This document shows, piece by piece, positions 11,851 through 22,860 of a stretch of 64,000 bases of DNA. The notes beneath the pieces were generated by a model. That model was given only the letters and a program-made list of their open reading frames with translations. It searched no databases and was not told where the DNA came from. Source of the DNA: Escherichia coli (GTDB lineage: Bacteria > Pseudomonadota > Gammaproteobacteria > Enterobacterales > Enterobacteriaceae); NCBI RefSeq assembly GCF_029227855.1, contig NZ_CP074356.1, one strand, 5' to 3'. The position numbers were made by a program, and so were the translations under genes. Position 1 is the stretch's first letter. The number at the start of each line of letters is the position of its first letter.

Positions 11851-14274
11851 ATGTATTCAAGTAGCAGAAAAAGGTGCCCGAAAACCAAATGGGCTTTGAA
11901 AATTCTTACTGCCGCATTTTTAGCAGCGAGTCCCGCGGCGAAGAGTGCTGCTAATAATGCCTATGATGCATTGATTATCGAAGCTCGCAAGGGAAATACT
12001 CAGCCAGCTTTGTTATGGTTTGCACAAAAATCAGCACTCAGTAATAACCAAATTGCTGACTGGTTACAGATTGCCTTATGGGCCGGGCAAGATAAACAGG
12101 TTATTACCGTTTACAACCGCTACCGTCATCAGCAATTACCAGCGCGTGGTTATGCAGCTGTCGCCGTCGCTTATCGTAACCTGCAACAATGGCAAAACTC
12201 GCTTACACTGTGGCAAAAGGCACTCTCTCTGGAGTCGCAAAATAAGGATTATCAACGGGGACAAATTTTAACCCTGGCAGATGCGGGTCACTATGATTCT
12301 GCGCTGGTTAAACTTAAGCAGCTTAACTCTGGAGCACCGGACAAAGCTAATTTACTCGCAGAAGCCTATATCTATAAACTGGCGGGGCGGCATGAGGATG
12401 AATTACGGGCGATGACAGGGTCATTACCTGAAAATGCCTTAACGCAACAATATCCCACAGAATACGTGCAGGCATTACGGAATAATCAACTTGCTGCCGC
12501 GATTGACGATGCCAATTTAACGCCAGATATTCGCGCTGATATTCATGCCGAACTGGTCAGACTGTCGTTTATGCCTACGCGCAGTGAAAGTGAACGTTAT
12601 GCCATTGCCGATCGCGCCCTCGCCCAATACGCTGCATTAGAAATTCTGTGGCATGATAACCCTGACCGCACTGCCCAGTACCAGCGTATTCAGGTTGATC
12701 ATCTTGGCGCGTTATTAACTCGCGATCGTTATAAAGACGTTATTTCTCACTATCAGCGTTTAAAAAAGACGGGGCAAATTATTCCGCCCTGGGCGCAATA
12801 TTGGGTTGCGTCGGCTTATCTCAAAGAACATCAGCCAAAAAAAGCACAGTCAATAATGACAGAGCTCTTTTATCACAAGGAGACCATTGCCCCGGATTTA
12901 TCCGATGAAGAACTTGCGGATCTCTTTTACAGCCACCTGGAGAGTGAAAATTATCCCGGCGCGCTAACTGTCACCCAACATACCATTAATACTTCGCCGC
13001 CTTTCCTTCGGTTAATGGGCACGCCTACGAGCATCCCGAATGATACCTGGTTACAGGGGCATTCGTTTCTCTCAACCGTAGCTAAATATAGTAATGATCT
13101 TCCTCAGGCTGAAATGACAGCCAGAGAGCTTGCTTATAACGCACCAGGAAATCAGGGACTGCGCATTGATTACGCGAGTGTGTTACAAGCCCGCGGTTGG
13201 CCTCGTGCGGCAGAAAATGAATTAAAAAAAGCAGAAGTGATCGAGCCACGTAATATTAATCTGGAGGTTGAACAAGCCTGGACAGCATTAACGTTACAAG
13301 AATGGCAGCAGGCAGCGGTCTTAACGCACGATGTTGTCGAACGTGAACCGCAAGATCCCGGCGTTGTACGTTTAAAACGTGCGGTTGATGTACATAATCT
13401 TGCAGAGCTTCGTATCGCTGGCTCAACAGGAATTGATGCCGAAGGTCCGGATAGTGGCAAACATGATGTCGACTTAACCACCATCGTTTATTCACCACCG
13501 CTGAATGATAACTGGCGCGGTTTTGCTGGATTCGGTTATGCCGATGGACAATTTAGCGAAGGAAAAGGGATTATTCGCGACTGGCTTGCGGGTGTTGAGT
13601 GGCGGTCACGTAATATCTGGCTTGAGGCGGAGTACACCGAACGCTTTTTCAATCATGAGCATAAACCCGGCGCGCGCCTGTCTGGCTGGTATGATTTTAA
13701 TGATAACTGGCGTATTGGTTCGCAACTGGAACGCCTCTCTCACCGCGTTCCATTACGGGCAATGAAAAATGGTGTTACAGGCAACAGTGCACAGGCTTAT
13801 GTTCGCTGGTATCAAAATGAGCGGCGTAAGTACGGTGTCTCCTGGGCTTTCACTGATTTTTCTGACAGTAATCAGCGTCATGAAGTCTCACTTGAGGGTC
13901 AGGAACGCATCTGGTCTTCACCATATTTGATTGTCGATTTCCTACCCAATCTGTATTACGAACAAAATACAGAACACGACACTCCATACTACAACCCTAT
14001 AAAAACGTTCGATATTGTTCCGGCATTTGAGGCAAGTCATTTGTTATGGCGTAGCTATGAAAATAGCTGGGAGCAAATCTTCAGCGCAGGTGTTGGTGCC
14101 TCCTGGCAAAAACATTATGGCACGGATGTCGTCACCCAACTCGGCTACGGGCAACGCATTAGCTGGAATGACGTGATTGATGCTGGCGCAACGCTACGCT
14201 GGGAAAAACGACCTTATGACGGTGACAGAGAACACAACTTATACGTTGAATTCGATATGACATTCAGATTTTAA
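11851..14274 (+). CDS. pgaA: Poly-beta-1,6-N-acetylglucosamine (PGA) outer-membrane export porin with TPR domain
   Basis: 807 aa; signal peptide; gene order pgaABCD. Confidence 0.93.
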   Translation: MYSSSRKRCPKTKWALKILTAAFLAASPAAKSAANNAYDALIIEARKGNTQPALLWFAQKSALSNNQIADWLQIALWAGQDKQVITVYNRYRHQQLPARGYAAVAVAYRNLQQWQNSLTLWQKALSLESQNKDYQRGQILTLADAGHYDSALVKLKQLNSGAPDKANLLAEAYIYKLAGRHEDELRAMTGSLPENALTQQYPTEYVQALRNNQLAAAIDDANLTPDIRADIHAELVRLSFMPTRSESERYAIADRALAQYAALEILWHDNPDRTAQYQRIQVDHLGALLTRDRYKDVISHYQRLKKTGQIIPPWAQYWVASAYLKEHQPKKAQSIMTELFYHKETIAPDLSDEELADLFYSHLESENYPGALTVTQHTINTSPPFLRLMGTPTSIPNDTWLQGHSFLSTVAKYSNDLPQAEMTARELAYNAPGNQGLRIDYASVLQARGWPRAAENELKKAEVIEPRNINLEVEQAWTALTLQEWQQAAVLTHDVVEREPQDPGVVRLKRAVDVHNLAELRIAGSTGIDAEGPDSGKHDVDLTTIVYSPPLNDNWRGFAGFGYADGQFSEGKGIIRDWLAGVEWRSRNIWLEAEYTERFFNHEHKPGARLSGWYDFNDNWRIGSQLERLSHRVPLRAMKNGVTGNSAQAYVRWYQNERRKYGVSWAFTDFSDSNQRHEVSLEGQERIWSSPYLIVDFLPNLYYEQNTEHDTPYYNPIKTFDIVPAFEASHLLWRSYENSWEQIFSAGVGASWQKHYGTDVVTQLGYGQRISWNDVIDAGATLRWEKRPYDGDREHNLYVEFDMTFRF

Positions 14275-14282
14275 GGATAAAT

Positions 14283-16301
14283 ATGTTACGTAATGGAAAT
14301 AAATATCTCCTGATGCTGGTGAGTATAATTATGCTCACTGCGTGCATTAGCCAGTCAAGAACATCATTTATACCGCCACAGGATCGCGAATCTTTACTCG
14401 CCGAGCAACCGTGGCCGCATAATGGTTTTGTGGCGATTTCATGGCATAACGTTGAAGACGAAGCTGCCGGCCAGCGTTTTATGTCAGTGCGGACATCAGC
14501 ACTGCGTGAACAATTTGCCTGGCTGCGCGAGAACGGTTATCAACCGGTCAGTATTGCTCAAATTCGTGAAGCACATCAAGGAGGAAAGCCGCTACCGGAA
14601 AAAGCAGTAGTGCTAACTTTTGATGACGGCTACCAGAGTTTTTATACCCGCGTCTTCCCAATTCTTCAGGCCTTCCAGTGGCCTGCTGTATGGGCCCCCG
14701 TCGGCAGTTGGGTCGATACGCCAGCGGATGAACAAGTAAAATTTGGCGATGAGATGGTCGATCGAGAATATTTTGCCACGTGGCAACAAGTGCGAGAAGT
14801 TGCGCGTTCCCGGCTCGTTGAGGTCGCTTCTCATACATGGAATTCTCACTACGGTATTCAGGCTAATGCCACCGGCAGCTTATTGCCTGTATATGTAAAT
14901 CGTGCATATTTTACTGACCACGCACGGTATGAAACCGCAGCAGAATACCGGGAAAGAATTCGTCTGGATGCTGTAAAAATGACGGAATACCTGCGTACAA
15001 AGGCTAAGGTAAATCCACACGTTTTTGTTTGGCCTTATGGCGAAGCGAATGGCATAGCGATAGAGGAATTAAAAAAACTCGGTTATGACATGTTCTTCAC
15101 CCTTGAATCAGGTTTGGCAAATGCGTCACAATTGGATTCCATTCCGCGAGTATTAATCGCCAATAATCCCTCATTAAAAGAGTTTGCCCAGCAAATTATT
15201 ACCGTACAGGAAAAATCACCACAACGGATAATGCATATCGATCTTGATTACGTTTATGACGAAAACCGCCAGCAAATGGATCGCAATATTGATGTGCTAA
15301 TTCAGCGGGTGAAAGATATGCAAATATCAACCGTGTATTTGCAGGCATTTGCTGATCCCGATGGTGATGGGCTGGTCAAAGAGGTCTGGTTTCCAAATCG
15401 TTTGCTACCAATGAAAGCAGATATTTTTAGTCGGGTTGCCTGGCAATTACGTACCCGCTCAGGTGTAAACATCTATGCGTGGATGCCGGTATTAAGCTGG
15501 GATTTAGATCCCACATTAACGCGAGTAAAATACTTACCGACTGGGGAGAAAAAAGCACAAATTCATCCTGAACAATATCGCCGTCTCTCTCCTTTCGATG
15601 ACAGAGTCAGAGCACAAGTTGGCATGTTATATGAAGATCTTGCCGGACATGCTGCTTTTGATGGCATATTGTTCCACGATGATGCTTTGCTTTCAGATTA
15701 TGAAGATGCCAGTGCACCGGCTATCACGGCTTATCAGCAAGCAGGCTTTAGCGGGAGTCTGAGCGAAATTCGACAAAACCCGGAGCAATTTAAACAGTGG
15801 ACCCGCTTTAAAAGTCGTGCGTTAACTGACTTCACTTTAGAACTTAGTGCGCGCGTAAAAGCCATTCGCGGTCCACATGTTAAAACTGCACGAAATATTT
15901 TTGCACTTCCGGTAATACAACCTGAAAGTGAAGCCTGGTTTGCACAGAATTATGCTGATTTCCTAAAAAGCTATGACTGGACCGCTATTATGGCTATGCC
16001 TTATATGGAAGGTGTAGCAGAAAAATCGGCTGACCAATGGTTAATACAATTGACCAATCAAATTAAAAACATCCCTCAGGCTAAAGACAAATCTATTTTA
16101 GAATTACAGGCACAAAACTGGCAGAAAAATGGTCAGCATCAGGCTATTTCTTCGCAACAACTCGCTCACTGGATGAGCCTATTACAACTGAATGGAGTGA
16201 AAAACTATGGTTATTATCCCGACAATTTTCTGCATAACCAACCTGAAATAGACGTTATTCGTCCTGAGTTTTCAACAGCCTGGTATCCGAAAAATGATTA
16301 A
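14283..16301 (+). CDS. pgaB: PGA N-deacetylase lipoprotein PgaB
   Basis: 672 aa; lipobox (LTAC); polysaccharide deacetylase-like N-terminal domain. Confidence 0.93.
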   Translation: MLRNGNKYLLMLVSIIMLTACISQSRTSFIPPQDRESLLAEQPWPHNGFVAISWHNVEDEAAGQRFMSVRTSALREQFAWLRENGYQPVSIAQIREAHQGGKPLPEKAVVLTFDDGYQSFYTRVFPILQAFQWPAVWAPVGSWVDTPADEQVKFGDEMVDREYFATWQQVREVARSRLVEVASHTWNSHYGIQANATGSLLPVYVNRAYFTDHARYETAAEYRERIRLDAVKMTEYLRTKAKVNPHVFVWPYGEANGIAIEELKKLGYDMFFTLESGLANASQLDSIPRVLIANNPSLKEFAQQIITVQEKSPQRIMHIDLDYVYDENRQQMDRNIDVLIQRVKDMQISTVYLQAFADPDGDGLVKEVWFPNRLLPMKADIFSRVAWQLRTRSGVNIYAWMPVLSWDLDPTLTRVKYLPTGEKKAQIHPEQYRRLSPFDDRVRAQVGMLYEDLAGHAAFDGILFHDDALLSDYEDASAPAITAYQQAGFSGSLSEIRQNPEQFKQWTRFKSRALTDFTLELSARVKAIRGPHVKTARNIFALPVIQPESEAWFAQNYADFLKSYDWTAIMAMPYMEGVAEKSADQWLIQLTNQIKNIPQAKDKSILELQAQNWQKNGQHQAISSQQLAHWMSLLQLNGVKNYGYYPDNFLHNQPEIDVIRPEFSTAWYPKND

Positions 16302-17619
16302 TCGCATCGTATCGTTTTTTATATTATGTCTGGTGTTATGCATACCCCTATGCGTAGCGTACTTTCACTCTGGTGAACTGATGATGAGGTTCGTTTTCTT
16401 CTGGCCGTTTTTTATGTCCATCATGTGGATTGTTGGCGGCGTCTATTTCTGGGTCTATCGTGAACGCCACTGGCCGTGGGGAGAAAACGCACCAGCTCCC
16501 CAGTTGAAAGATAATCCGTCTATCTCCATTATCATTCCCTGTTTTAATGAGGAGAAAAACGTTGAGGAAACCATACACGCCGCTTTAGCACAGCGTTATG
16601 AGAACATTGAAGTTATTGCCGTAAATGACGGTTCAACAGACAAAACCCGTGCCATCCTGGATCGCATGGCTGCACAAATTCCCCACCTGCGGGTCATTCA
16701 TCTGGCGCAAAACCAGGGGAAAGCCATTGCGCTTAAAACCGGAGCTGCCGCGGCGAAAAGTGAATATCTGGTGTGCATTGATGGCGATGCGTTATTAGAC
16801 CGCGATGCGGCGGCATATATTGTGGAACCGATGTTGTACAACCCGCGTGTGGGTGCCGTAACCGGTAATCCTCGTATTCGAACACGTTCTACCCTGGTGG
16901 GTAAAATTCAGGTTGGCGAGTATTCCTCAATTATTGGTTTGATCAAGCGAACCCAGCGTATCTATGGAAACGTATTTACCGTTTCCGGTGTTATTGCCGC
17001 ATTTCGTCGCAGCGCCCTGGCAGAAGTGGGTTACTGGAGTGACGATATGATCACCGAAGATATTGATATTAGCTGGAAGCTGCAGTTGAATCAGTGGGCG
17101 ATTTTTTACGAGCCACGGGCGCTGTGCTGGATATTAATGCCTGAAACGTTAAAAGGGCTGTGGAAACAGCGCCTGCGCTGGGCTCAGGGCGGTGCAGAAG
17201 TATTCCTCAAAAATATGACAAGGTTGTGGCGCAAAGAAAACTTTCGAATGTGGCCGCTGTTTTTTGAATACTGCCTGACGACAATATGGGCCTTCACTTG
17301 CCTGGTCGGTTTCATTATTTACGCAGTCCAACTTGCCGGTGTACCGTTAAATATTGAATTGACACATATCGCTGCGACACATACTGCCGGAATATTATTG
17401 TGTACGTTATGTTTACTGCAATTTATTGTCAGCCTGATGATCGAGAATCGCTATGAGCATAATCTGACTTCATCGCTTTTCTGGATTATTTGGTTCCCGG
17501 TTATTTTCTGGATGCTGAGTCTGGCAACGACATTGGTATCATTTACACGAGTCATGTTGATGCCTAAAAAGCAACGCGCCCGTTGGGTAAGTCCCGATCG
17601 CGGGATTCTGAGAGGTTAA
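16294..17619 (+). CDS. pgaC: PGA synthase, family-2 glycosyltransferase PgaC
   Basis: 441 aa; GT2 motifs ([16 protein letters not shown]). Confidence 0.93.
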   Translation: MINRIVSFFILCLVLCIPLCVAYFHSGELMMRFVFFWPFFMSIMWIVGGVYFWVYRERHWPWGENAPAPQLKDNPSISIIIPCFNEEKNVEETIHAALAQRYENIEVIAVNDGSTDKTRAILDRMAAQIPHLRVIHLAQNQGKAIALKTGAAAAKSEYLVCIDGDALLDRDAAAYIVEPMLYNPRVGAVTGNPRIRTRSTLVGKIQVGEYSSIIGLIKRTQRIYGNVFTVSGVIAAFRRSALAEVGYWSDDMITEDIDISWKLQLNQWAIFYEPRALCWILMPETLKGLWKQRLRWAQGGAEVFLKNMTRLWRKENFRMWPLFFEYCLTTIWAFTCLVGFIIYAVQLAGVPLNIELTHIAATHTAGILLCTLCLLQFIVSLMIENRYEHNLTSSLFWIIWFPVIFWMLSLATTLVSFTRVMLMPKKQRARWVSPDRGILRG

Positions 17620-17620
17620 T

Positions 17621-18034
17621 ATGAACAATTTAATTATTACGACCCGACAATCGCCAGTACGTTTAATGGTTGATTATGTTGCCACAACCATCTTATGGAC
17701 ATTATTTGCTTTGTTCATATTCTTATTCGCCATGGATCTGCTGACGGGTTATTACTGGCAAAGCGAGGCCAGAAGCCGACTTCAGTTCTATTTTTTGCTG
17801 GCAGTGGCGAATGCCGTCGTGTTAATTGTCTGGGCGCTGTACAATAAGCTACGTTTTCAAAAACAGCAGCATCATGCAGCCTACCAATATACGCCGCAAG
17901 AATATGCTGAGAGCTTAGCAATACCTGATGAGCTCTATCAGCAACTACAAAAAAGCCACAGGATGAGCGTACACTTCACCAGGCAGGGGCAAATAAAAAT
18001 GGTGGTTTCAGAAAAAGCGCTAGTCCGGGCGTAA
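17621..18034 (+). CDS. pgaD: PGA synthesis accessory membrane protein PgaD
   Basis: 137 aa, two TM segments; immediately follows pgaC. Confidence 0.9.
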   Translation: MNNLIITTRQSPVRLMVDYVATTILWTLFALFIFLFAMDLLTGYYWQSEARSRLQFYFLLAVANAVVLIVWALYNKLRFQKQQHHAAYQYTPQEYAESLAIPDELYQQLQKSHRMSVHFTRQGQIKMVVSEKALVRA

Positions 18035-18045
18035 ACACCCAAAAC

Positions 18046-18070
18046 AAAGCCCGGTTCGCCCGGGCTCTGC
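18046..18070. terminator. Hairpin between convergent pgaD and phoH (likely terminator, stronger for the phoH direction)
   Basis: aaagcccggttcgcccgggctct; T-rich tract on the minus-strand side. Confidence 0.55.
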
Positions 18071-18083
18071 GCCGATAATACAC

Positions 18084-19007
18084 TTAACTGTATGCATGTA
18101 GCGTACGTTGGCAAAGTGCCGAACGTACGCAATCCTCTTTACCGAATCGGACGATCCCGACCATTTCATCTTCTTCGAAACGTTCCAGCGCGTCACTTAA
18201 TCCGGAGCGCACGCCGCGAGGCAAATCGCATTGCGTGATATCACCGTTGACGATAACCGTCACGTTCTCCCCGAGGCGGGTTAAAAACATTTTCATTTGC
18301 GCGGCAGTCACATTCTGCGCCTCGTCAAGAATGACGACTGCATTTTCAAAGGTACGTCCACGCATATAGGCGAACGGCGCAATTTCCACCTTCCCTATTT
18401 CCGGTCGCAGGCAGTACTGCATAAAGGAAGCCCCTAAGCGCCGGACCAGCACGTCGTAGACCGGACGAAAATAGGGAGCAAACTTTTCTGCGATATCTCC
18501 AGGTAAGAAGCCAAGATCTTCATCGGCTTGCAGAACTGGACGGGTGACGATAATCCTGTCGACATCCTTATGTATCAGGGCCTCTGCCGCTTTTGCTGCG
18601 CTGATCCAGGTTTTTCCGCACCCGGCTTCGCCCGTGGCGAATATCAGCTGCTTACTCTCAATAGCCTTCAGATAGTGCAATTGCGCTTCATTTCGCGCGA
18701 GGATGGGCGAGGTATCGCGACTGTCGCGGGCCATACCAATGGCTTCTACGCCGCTCATCTGCACAAGCGAGGTGACCGATTCTTCTTCACGCTGCTTATG
18801 GCTGCGCGAATCCCGTCTCAGCACACGTTTTGCCTCGCGACGAGCTTTGATCACTGCTTTTTGTCTTCCCATGGAGAGCACCTTGAGTTGTTTGTATTCA
18901 TCACACGCGCCGTTGGCAGCGCGATTATGCGCACGAACATCAGAGGGTTGGCTTCCTTGTAAGCCATAGTTTGCTTTTGGATAAAATGCCGAAAAACGGC
19001 TACGCAC
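18084..19007 (-). CDS. phoH: PhoH, phosphate-starvation-inducible ATPase (start codon uncertain; see findings)
   Basis: Walker A GEAGCGKT; longest in-frame ORF starts at GTG 19007 (307 aa); internal ATG gives MGRQKAVIKARR (262-aa form). Confidence 0.85.
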   Translation of the reverse strand: MRSRFSAFYPKANYGLQGSQPSDVRAHNRAANGACDEYKQLKVLSMGRQKAVIKARREAKRVLRRDSRSHKQREEESVTSLVQMSGVEAIGMARDSRDTSPILARNEAQLHYLKAIESKQLIFATGEAGCGKTWISAAKAAEALIHKDVDRIIVTRPVLQADEDLGFLPGDIAEKFAPYFRPVYDVLVRRLGASFMQYCLRPEIGKVEIAPFAYMRGRTFENAVVILDEAQNVTAAQMKMFLTRLGENVTVIVNGDITQCDLPRGVRSGLSDALERFEEDEMVGIVRFGKEDCVRSALCQRTLHAYS

Positions 19008-19296
19008 ACCGTTTGCGGCGTCGGTAACACGAGTAAAGAGAGGAAGTGAGAAAAATACAGAGTGACGAAGTTGCTACCGGAGGAGAAATCTCCGCGAGTG
19101 GTGGAGCCTTGCTTAACAAAACATTGTCCAGAACAGGACGTTACCATACGCGATCTCCATAGTGACTGACTATCACTGCCGGGAACTTCCGCTGCTACTT
19201 AATAAGTACAACAGATCTCGCATTCATTGCAACAATATATTCACTTATATTTAACTACAAAACACCATTTCAGTGACATTAGTTTCTACTGGAAAG

Positions 19297-19314
19297 ATGA
19301 CAGAGTGATGACAG
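19297..19314 (-). promoter_or_regulatory. Pho box (PhoB-binding site) upstream of phoH
   Basis: Minus-strand reading CTGTCATCACTCTGTCAT: two CTGTCAT repeats with 11-bp periodicity. Confidence 0.7.
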
Positions 19315-19334
19315 TGATGAAAAAAGCTGTGTGC

Positions 19335-19488
19335 TTTCAGCAGGATTCGCATCAGGCATCAGCGCACGAACGCCGGATGCGGCGTGAACGCCTGATCCAG
19401 CCTACCAAACCCGCACCGATTGTAGGCATGATAAGACGCGCAAGCGTCGCATCAGGCATCTGCGCACGAACGCCTTATCCGCCTAAAC
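19335..19488. repeat. Cluster of REP (repetitive extragenic palindromic) elements between efeB and phoH
   Basis: Repeated gcatcaggcatc(a/t)gcgcacgaacgcc...gatgcggcgtgaacgcc(t/g)tatcc units typical of E. coli REP/BIME. Confidence 0.8.
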
Positions 19489-19491
19489 ACA

Positions 19492-20763
19492 TTAAACCCG
19501 CAATAACGCGCTTCCGAGATAATCGTTCGCGTCCTTCACTCCCGGCAGCGAAAAAAAATAACCACCGCCGATAGGTTTAACGTATTCCTCCAGCGCTTCG
19601 CCATTGAGCCTTTTTTGTACTGTCAGGAAGCCTTTTTCCAGATCGTGTTGATAGCAGACAAACAGTAGCCCCATATCCAGTTGTCCGGAGTTGGTGACGC
19701 CCAACGAATAACTGTAGCCACGACGCAGCATCAGGCTGGACTCACTCTCTGGCGTGCGGGGATTCGCCAGCCGGATATGGCTGTCCAGCGCAATCACCTT
19801 CCCCTCCGGATCGCTGGCGTAATCGGGAACATCATGCTCATGCTGCATTCCCAGCGGCGCACCGGTTTGTTTGTCGCGACCAAAAATCGTCTGCTGTTCT
19901 TTCAGTGGCGTTCTGTCCCAAAACTCCACCCGAAACTGAATCAACCGCACCGCCTGATAGCTGCCACCGATTGTCCACTCAGGCTCCTGCTGATCTGCCG
20001 TTACCCACACCACTTTTTGCATCAACTTATCATTCTGGCTATCGGGATTGGCAGTGCCGTCTTTGAAACCCAGCAAATTTATCGGCGTCTCTTTGCCTTT
20101 ACTACGCGCCGCGTGATCGGAAATAAACCCTTCCCGCTTCCAGCGCACACTGAGCAAATCCGGCGTGTGTTTGATGATATCGCGCAGCGCATGGATCACC
20201 GTATCCTGGGTGTTGGCGCAAATTTGTAGCAACACATCACCATGACATAACGCCGCATCAAGCGAGTCATTGGGGAAACGCGTCATCTTCTGCAGCTTTT
20301 TCGGCATCTGCGACGCAAGGCCAAAGCGCTCATCAAACAATGAGTGGCCCACCGATAATGTGATGGTGAGATTATCGGGCGCAATGTAGCCGCCAAGAAT
20401 GCCGGAATCGAGTGGTGGCAGGCGCGGATTTGGCGTTTCTGGTGCCGCTCCGCCCTGAGTCAGAAAAGAAAAACGCTGAGTCAACAAGCGAAACAACCGT
20501 TCAAGATCGGCTTTATCGCTGGCAAGCACATCAAACGCCACCAGCATCATTGCGGCCTGTTGTGGCGTCAGGATCCCTGCCTGATGCTCACCATAAAACG
20601 GCTGCTTCTCATTGCGTGCATCCGGTGAAAGCGTCCCCGGTGCACTTTGCGTTTTTTGTGCATGAGCGACCGGACAACTTCCTGCCAGCGCCAGTGCACC
20701 AATCCCTTTCAGTAAACGTCGGCGTGACGGTTCATTCACGCCGTTTTCATCTTCATACTGCAT
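19492..20763 (-). CDS. efeB: Tat-exported DyP-type haem peroxidase / deferrochelatase EfeB
   Basis: 423 aa; twin-arginine signal ([17 protein letters not shown]). Confidence 0.92.
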   Translation of the reverse strand: MQYEDENGVNEPSRRRLLKGIGALALAGSCPVAHAQKTQSAPGTLSPDARNEKQPFYGEHQAGILTPQQAAMMLVAFDVLASDKADLERLFRLLTQRFSFLTQGGAAPETPNPRLPPLDSGILGGYIAPDNLTITLSVGHSLFDERFGLASQMPKKLQKMTRFPNDSLDAALCHGDVLLQICANTQDTVIHALRDIIKHTPDLLSVRWKREGFISDHAARSKGKETPINLLGFKDGTANPDSQNDKLMQKVVWVTADQQEPEWTIGGSYQAVRLIQFRVEFWDRTPLKEQQTIFGRDKQTGAPLGMQHEHDVPDYASDPEGKVIALDSHIRLANPRTPESESSLMLRRGYSYSLGVTNSGQLDMGLLFVCYQHDLEKGFLTVQKRLNGEALEEYVKPIGGGYFFSLPGVKDANDYLGSALLRV

Positions 20764-20768
20764 AACGC

Positions 20769-21896
20769 TTAATCCAGCCCCAGCACACCGCGAAGTTGCG
20801 CCAGATCTTCCGCCAGCGCAGTAATCGGCCCTTTCAGCGCATTACGGTCAGCATCGGTCAATTTGTCGTAGGTTTCAAAACCGTCTTTAGTACGGTATTT
20901 CGCCAGAATGGTATCGACCTTTTTGAAGTTGGCATCGACTTTTGCCAGCAGTTCCGGGTTGGCTTTTTGTAGTTGTGGACGCAGCAGATCGACAATTTTC
21001 TGCGAGCCTTCAACGTTAGCCTGGAAATCCCACAGATCGGTGTGGCTGTAGCGATCTTCTTCACCGCTGATTTTGCTGGCTGCCACTTCCTCAATCAGTC
21101 CGGCTGCGCCGCCGACCACTTTTGACGGAGGGAAAGCCAGTTCACTGATGCGTTTTTGCAAATCGACCACATCGGTATAAAGCTGGTCGGCATACTTATC
21201 CATCCCTTTAGTGGTGTTATCGCCAAACAATGCTTTTTCCAGACGGTGGAAACCGGTGAATTTTGGATCGGCGGCTTTTTGCTCGTAATCATCTTCACGG
21301 GCGTCAATGCTACCATCCAGATCGGAGAACAGTTCAGCAATCGGTTCAATGCGCTCATAGTGCTGGCGCGTCGGCGCATACAGTGCTTTCGCTTTTTCGA
21401 TATCGCCTGCTTTAATAGCGTCGGTAAAGGCTTTGGTGTCGGTCACCAGCTGCGTGGTTTCCGCCATGACATACGCTTTATATGCAGTAATTGCACCACC
21501 GAGACTTAACAGCGCATCACTTTGCGCCGCATCCGCCGTTGCTTCACCTTTGACGATCAACTTCCCTTTCGGGTTAGTCAGCAGACCGCAGGTCATATCG
21601 TATTCGCCAGGCTGTAAATTCGCCGTCATTTTCTGGCTAAAGCCAGGGGCGATATTTTCTCGCTCTTCCACCACCATCACGCCTTTGAGGATCTCCCACT
21701 CCAGCGCCTTCTGGCTGTGGTTCTGAATAATGAACTGTGTTTTCCCGGCGTTAACCGTAATGGTCATCGGTTCGCACTGCTTATCCGTCACGGTGACTTT
21801 GACTTGCGGAATATCGGCGGCGTTAGCCATAAAAGCAGAAGAGAACAGCGCAGCCACGCTCAACTGCAATGCGTTACGGCGGAAGTTAATGGTCAT
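20769..21896 (-). CDS. efeO: Periplasmic iron-uptake protein EfeO
   Basis: 375 aa with signal peptide; gene order efeUOB. Confidence 0.92.
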   Translation of the reverse strand: MTINFRRNALQLSVAALFSSAFMANAADIPQVKVTVTDKQCEPMTITVNAGKTQFIIQNHSQKALEWEILKGVMVVEERENIAPGFSQKMTANLQPGEYDMTCGLLTNPKGKLIVKGEATADAAQSDALLSLGGAITAYKAYVMAETTQLVTDTKAFTDAIKAGDIEKAKALYAPTRQHYERIEPIAELFSDLDGSIDAREDDYEQKAADPKFTGFHRLEKALFGDNTTKGMDKYADQLYTDVVDLQKRISELAFPPSKVVGGAAGLIEEVAASKISGEEDRYSHTDLWDFQANVEGSQKIVDLLRPQLQKANPELLAKVDANFKKVDTILAKYRTKDGFETYDKLTDADRNALKGPITALAEDLAQLRGVLGLD

Positions 21897-21953
21897 GACG
21901 AGACTATCCCTTTAAAGTATGTTGTAACTAAGCAAGAGTTTGCGTCGTATTTG

Positions 21954-22784
21954 TTACGCGGAGCGAGACGCTGTCGCCCCTGCGCGTGGTGGCAGAGCAA
22001 ATGCCACCAGCGCCGGGATGAGATAAATAAACCAGACGGCGACTTCGCTGACACTTGGCGCTTCCTGATAGCCAAAAATCCCTTCCATCAGCGTGCCAAA
22101 CAGCGAGTGAGTTGAGAGCACCGCACTCATATCGAAGGCGATTTCCTGAAAGTGGTTCCACAATCCGGCTTCATGAAATGCGCGAATGGCACCAGCTGCC
22201 AGCCCAGCGGCGACGAAGAGAATAAACAGGCTGGTCCATTTAAAAAATGCACCAAGATTGAGGCGAATACCGCCCCAGTAGAGCAGGAAGCCGAGCACCA
22301 CGGCTGTAGCAAGACCGAGCATTGCACCCAGCGGCGGCCAGATCCCGACATCTTGTTGAAATGCCGCCAGCAGGAAAAAGACCGACTCCAGCCCTTCCCT
22401 TGCAACGGCAAAAAAGACCATCATCACCAGCGCCCAGCCATGATGATTTCCACGCTGCAATGCGCTATCGACTGCCTGCTCCAGTTGTACTTTGACGTTG
22501 CGCGACACTTTGCGCATCCAGAAAACCATCCAGGTAAGGATCACCACGGCGATCACCGCCACGATACCTTCAAACAGTTCCTGTTCTTTTTGCGGAAATT
22601 CGCCGGTGGTTTCGTTAATGAAGATACCCAAGCCCAGGCACAACGCAGCGGCAAGCAACACGCCAATCCACATCACACCAATCCATCGGCCTCGCTGGGT
22701 ACGCTTAAGATAGCTGGCAATCAAACTGACAATCAGCGCGGCTTCAAGTCCTTCGCGCAACATAATGAGAAATGGAACAAACAT
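21954..22784 (-). CDS. efeU: Ferrous iron permease EfeU (Ftr1 family), intact
   Basis: ORF 21954..22793; start at MFVPFLIML (276 aa); two REGLE motifs (MLREGLEAA, VAREGLESV). Confidence 0.9.
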   Translation of the reverse strand: MFVPFLIMLREGLEAALIVSLIASYLKRTQRGRWIGVMWIGVLLAAALCLGLGIFINETTGEFPQKEQELFEGIVAVIAVVILTWMVFWMRKVSRNVKVQLEQAVDSALQRGNHHGWALVMMVFFAVAREGLESVFFLLAAFQQDVGIWPPLGAMLGLATAVVLGFLLYWGGIRLNLGAFFKWTSLFILFVAAGLAAGAIRAFHEAGLWNHFQEIAFDMSAVLSTHSLFGTLMEGIFGYQEAPSVSEVAVWFIYLIPALVAFALPPRAGATASRSA

Positions 22785-22841
22785 GCCACCCACCCTTAAA
22801 CGTTTTTCTGAGTCAATCTATGCAAAGAAAAGTAAATCGCA

Positions 22842-22860
22842 GTGATAGCGATTATCATTA
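22842..22860. promoter_or_regulatory. Candidate Fur box in efeU promoter
   Basis: gtgatagcgattatcatta resembles the GATAATGATAATCATTATC consensus; about 60 bp upstream of efeU start. Confidence 0.6.

Noticed and set aside
12020-12271. 83-aa ORF inside pgaA
   Set aside because: Alternative frame within the pgaA coding sequence; no RBS or motif support.
19227-19574. 115-aa ORF on the + strand
   Set aside because: Spans the REP-element cluster and the 3' end of efeB; its translation is Arg/Pro-rich repeat-derived sequence, not a gene.
22152-22799. 215-aa ORF on the + strand
   Set aside because: Antisense to efeU, which has the REGLE motifs and transmembrane profile; the antisense product is a His/Gln-rich improbable sequence.
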